Origin: Octopus sinensis
Taxonomy: Eukaryota
NCBI RefSeq assembly: GCF_006345805.1
Contig: NW_021827195.1
Location: 1 to 11,023, forward strand
Direction of reading: 5' to 3'
DNA: 11,023 nt
Position 1 is the stretch's first letter. Every line of letters starts with the position of its first letter. Positions 7,508 to 11,023 of the stretch are shown piece by piece. The notes beneath the pieces were generated by a model, which worked only from the letters and a program-made list of their open reading frames with translations, made no database searches and was not told the DNA's origin. The translations under genes and the position numbers were made by a program.

Positions 7508-7925
7508 TGCGGCTGTGTGGTAAGTAGCATGCTAACCAACCACATGGTTCCGGGTTCAGTCCCACTGCATGGCATCTTGGGCAAGTGTCTTCTGCTATAG
7601 CACCGGGCCGACCAATGCCTTGTGAGTGGATTTGGTAGACGGAAACTGAAAGAAGCCTGTCGTATATATGTATATATATATATATATATAAGTGTGTGTG
7701 TATGTTTGTGTGTCTGTGTTTGTCCCCCAAGCATTGCTTGACAACCGATGCTGGTGTGTTTACGTCCCCGTCACTTAGCGGTTCGGCAAAAGAGACCGAT
7801 AGAATAAGTACTGGGCTCACAAAGAATAAGTCCCGGGGTCGATTTGCTCGACTAAAGGCGGTGCTCCAGCATGGCCGCAGTCAAATGACTGAAACAAGTA
7901 AAAGAGTAAAAGAGTAAAGAGAGTA
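7508..7925 (+). mobile_element. tRNA-derived SINE family A, near full length
   Basis: A-box-like ggctgtgtggtaag, B-box-like ggttcagtccc (7553-7563), central (TA)(TG) microsatellite, and a 3' end of short tandem aaaagagt repeats. Confidence 0.9.
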
Positions 7926-7926
7926 G

Positions 7927-8321
7927 GGGGCGAACACGGAAACTTATTTGGTATCATATGGCAATGAGAGCAAGGCGGACCAAAACGAAGGGAAGGAGAA
8001 GAACGACGCGAAGAAAAAGAATGAGGAGGAGGAGGGGGAGGAGGAGGAAGGCGACGCCAACCACCACCACCACCACTACAAGGATATTGCTAAGGCACAT
8101 TTTTGAACTTGACGAGCTTAATGGATTAAAGGAAAAAAATACAAACGAAACACGAACGAAAACACGCGGTCGCAGTTTTATTTCTATATTGGTTTGTCCA
8201 TTGTCAATGATAGTGAACGAGTGTTAAAAGTCAAAATTCGACGAGTTCACAGCAACACTTCCTAACCACAAACCATAACCTATCGCCGAATTCCATCAAA
8301 GTTATAATGTTAAAGAAAGCA

Positions 8322-8354
<33 letters not shown>

Positions 8355-8398
8355 TGACAATAACAATAGCAGCAACAACAACAAAAACAACAATAATA

Positions 8399-8443
<45 letters not shown>

Positions 8444-8720
8444 TTTTTTTTTTTAAATTAGACAAAAACGAACATTTCGACAAACTTCCGGTCGAACCCA
8501 ATTCTCGTCGTATCACATCACAATTATATCATTTGACCAATAAACTGCGTTGTTATCTTCCGAATCTTTTACTCTTCGAACACGATGCACGTCCGTTTCT
8601 TTGCTACATCGGAAATCTGAATTCTCTTACGACGTGTTAACCAATAAATATCAAAAATCTCGTCTCGGAGAGACGTTTGAGAAAAACAATGTACATTTCC
8701 TTACGCTAAAAACCGGGGCA
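7927..8720. promoter_or_regulatory. CpG-rich patch, possible unmethylated regulatory region
   Basis: About 21 CpG in 7927-8300 and about 20 in 8461-8720 by hand count. ETS-type CCGGAAGT on the minus strand (8484-8491); CCAAT at 8537, 8641 and on the minus strand at 8188-8192. Confidence 0.3.
8321..8445. repeat. (GA)n followed by (CAA)/(AAT)n
   Basis: Direct reading. Confidence 0.95.
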
Positions 8721-8729
8721 AATATAAGT

Positions 8730-8745
8730 GTATATATATAGATTT

Positions 8746-8806
<61 letters not shown>

Positions 8807-9156
8807 GCATGCATGTATGTATGTGTGTATGTTAAGCATACATATGTGCGTATATATTATGTTATATATATATGTGTGTGTGCGTGTATATGTATGTTTA
8901 TGAATACGAACGAACAATGTTGTATGTGCGTATACATTATACACACATACACGTATTGTCCGATATACATGACTATAATATTATTAACATACATATGTAC
9001 AAAAACGCTTATACATATATACATCCACCATATGTATTATGCACACACACCACACATATTCACGTATATAATATATATAATATTATATATATATTATATA
9101 TATATAATATAATATATATACGTATATATATATAATATATGATCACACACACCACA

Positions 9157-9189
<33 letters not shown>

Positions 9190-9365
9190 TATATATATAT
9201 ATATACGCATGTGTTGTATGTGAGTGTATGTGTACAGATATATGCACATGCATATGTACTATGTGTTATATACCGCATATATGATATATTGTTTTACATG
9301 TATACATATATGTATGCATGTGTGTGTGCGTGTGTGTGTATGTGTATGTGCGTGCGTGCGTGTGT
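8730..9365. repeat. Long degenerate (TA)/(TG)/(CA) microsatellite field
   Basis: Direct reading; source of several spurious I/Y/H/T/C/V ORFs. Confidence 0.9.
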
Positions 9366-9469
9366 CATGTCGGAAGTGAACGGAAAGTATAAGGTGAAAG
9401 TCAAATATTAATGTAAAACACATCAAATATCTTGTGTAATTCAGATCTTTCCTACCTTTTCCTTCCATC

Positions 9470-9740
9470 CCATCACTATCCCCCATCTGCCTCCCCCCTC
9501 TCTGCTCACTCTCTCTCTTCCTCCCCGCTCCTTCTCTCATCCGATCCTCTCTCTTCTCTATCTCCGACTACCTCTCCCTCTCTCCCCTCTCCCTCTACTC
9601 TCCCTCTCTCTCTCTCTCTCTCGCTCTCTCTCTCTATTCTCTCTTCTCTGTTTATATCTATATATATCTATCTGTTTATATATATCTATCTTCTATATAT
9701 CTATCTTTTTTTTTTGTTTCTTTGTTTTTTGTTTTTTCAT
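9470..9740. repeat. Polypyrimidine (CT/CCT)n tract grading into (TATC) and T-rich sequence
   Basis: Direct reading. Confidence 0.9.
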
Positions 9741-9810
9741 CCCCAAAAGAAAAGCTCTACCTTGTAACTTGTCCCATCTGTGTGCAGCCTGGTGTGGCCA
9801 ATAAAGAAAC
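9741..9810 (+). mobile_element. Extreme 3' end of a LINE-like element, heavily 5' truncated
   Basis: ccccaaaagaaaagctctaccttgtaacttgtcccatctgtgtgcagcctggtgtggccaataaagaaac matches the reverse complement of 10700-10769 and is followed by (TATC)n. The LINE assignment is inference; no RT coding sequence is visible. Confidence 0.65.
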
Positions 9811-9870
<60 letters not shown>

Positions 9871-9881
9871 TTATCTATCTA
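9811..9881. repeat. (TATC)n
   Basis: Direct reading. Confidence 0.95.
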
Positions 9882-10040
9882 GCACTCTAATCCCTTTCTC
9901 TGCATTCTACCTCCTCACTTCATCGAATTTCGTATTCTTCTTTTCCTGTATTTTGCTGTGATAAAAACCCCCGTGTGAATCTCATGACTTTGGGTTCAAT
10001 GATTCAGCATAGAAGTGAAACCCACTGTCTACATAGATCC

Positions 10041-10042
<2 letters not shown>

Positions 10043-10083
<41 letters not shown>

Positions 10084-10140
10084 GAAAGAAACAGACTGAC
10101 AAGACAGATAGGCAGACAGAGGAAGGAGAAGGAGAGAGAG
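10043..10140. repeat. (GA)n/(GACA)n purine-rich tract
   Basis: Direct reading. Confidence 0.9.
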
Positions 10141-10225
10141 TAGTACCTTCGACTAACAGCTCCGAGTGGATTATTATCATATGCGGTTTTGTGAGAAAAT
10201 TTGAAGACTCTCGGATATGTGTATA

Positions 10226-10438
10226 CGAGTGTGTGTACTGAAAAGTCCCTGGTTTTAAAGGTATCGCGAAACCGGGTTGGAAGCCCAACTGTCCGAGTTC
10301 TTCTATAGGACATATAAAAAACTGAAGGACGCTGCAATAAGCTCGTGAATCTGAGAGGGGCTATGTTGAATAAAATCATAATTAACTGATCCTCTGTATT
10401 TTCTTTTACCCAAACCAGGGCCTTTTAGCATACCCTCG
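10226..10438 (+). mobile_element. Mariner-derived MITE, 213 nt, TA target duplication
   Basis: TA at 10224-10225 and 10439-10440. Left end CGAGTGTGTGTACTGAAAAGTCCCTGGTTT versus right-end reverse complement CGAGGGTATGCTAAAAGGCCCTGGTTT. Contains a frameshifted transposase C-terminal remnant. Confidence 0.8.
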
Positions 10439-10469
10439 TATGAGTATGTGTGAATATAGCTAGTGGCTA

Positions 10470-10697
10470 GCGATAGATAGATAGATAGATATTATTATAT
10501 ATATATATATAGATAGAAGATTAGATAGATTGATAGATAGATAGATAGATAGATAGGTAGGTAGGTATGTAGGTAGGTAGGTAGGCAGGCAGGCAGGCAG
10601 GCAGGTAGGTAAGTAGGTAGGTAAGTAGGTAGGTAGTAGGTAGGTAGGTAGGTAGGTAGGTAGGTAGGTATAGGTAGGTAGTAGGTAGGTAGGTAGA
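10470..10697. repeat. Compound (GATA)-(GGTA)-(GGCA)-(GGTA) tetranucleotide array
   Basis: Direct reading. Confidence 0.95.
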
Positions 10698-10699
10698 TT

Positions 10700-11023
10700 G
10701 TTTCTTTATAGCCACAGAGGGCTGCACACAGACGGACAGATTACAAAGTAGAGCTTTTCTTTTTGGGGGGAGAGAAAAAAAAGGTGGGTTAGGTTTTCGA
10801 TCAAAAGGAATCGTAAAAGGGAAGAAGTAAAGAAAACAAAAGGGAAAGGAACGATCAATAGGGATCGTGTGTCACAGAAATGTAATGATGTAAAGTGTAA
10901 AGGGGGGAAGCCAGATAAGGTTTATCCGTGGGAAGAAAAACCTACGGAAAAGACCACGGTAACCTCGGTCAATAATGTTACATGTTACCACATTTGTTGC
11001 AATAGGTAACCCTCTGTTTTAAG
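10700..11023 (-). mobile_element. 3' UTR of a LINE-like element, continuing beyond the window
   Basis: Terminal 70 nt match 9741-9810; pyrimidine-rich UTR-like sequence lies upstream on the minus strand; ends at (CTAC/CTAT)n. The left part and the clade are not verifiable here. Confidence 0.6.

Noticed and set aside
7958-8227. Arg-rich protamine-like ORF
   Set aside because: The arginines come from (GAG/AAG)n read out of register, and the Ser/Tyr pattern of cephalopod protamines is missing.
9470-9650. Polypyrimidine tract as H-DNA element or giant splice acceptor
   Set aside because: Structure-prone, but ordinary for a microsatellite-rich genome; no exon-like sequence follows.
50-10727. Most ORFs in the supplied six-frame track
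   Set aside because: Their I/Y/H/T/C/V/L/R-E runs are translations of (TA), (CA), (AAT), (GA), (TATC) and (GGTA) repeats or of SINE sequence; no domain is recognisable.

Overview
AT-rich, repeat-saturated eukaryotic DNA with no complete protein-coding gene. The repeat families look like those of an octopod cephalopod (recognition from memory, not a database hit). The window contains: many microsatellites; three tRNA-derived SINE families, here called A, B and C, with about a dozen family-B units in head-to-tail clusters; two copies of a LINE-like 3' end in inverted orientation; a TA-flanked mariner-derived MITE and a possible second mariner end; a 457-nt-period tandem duplication; a CpG-rich patch; and two weak candidate exons. 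Nearly all supplied ORFs are microsatellite or SINE read-through. Best leads: (1) a minimal type I hammerhead-ribozyme-like motif on the minus strand at 4137-4171, inside a short non-coding element embedded in (TA)n; (2) a SINE-B/LINE pair sharing a 41-nt 3' tail, with SINE-B arrays re-entering at the same internal junction, which suggests self-targeted insertion. All alignments and counts were done by eye.
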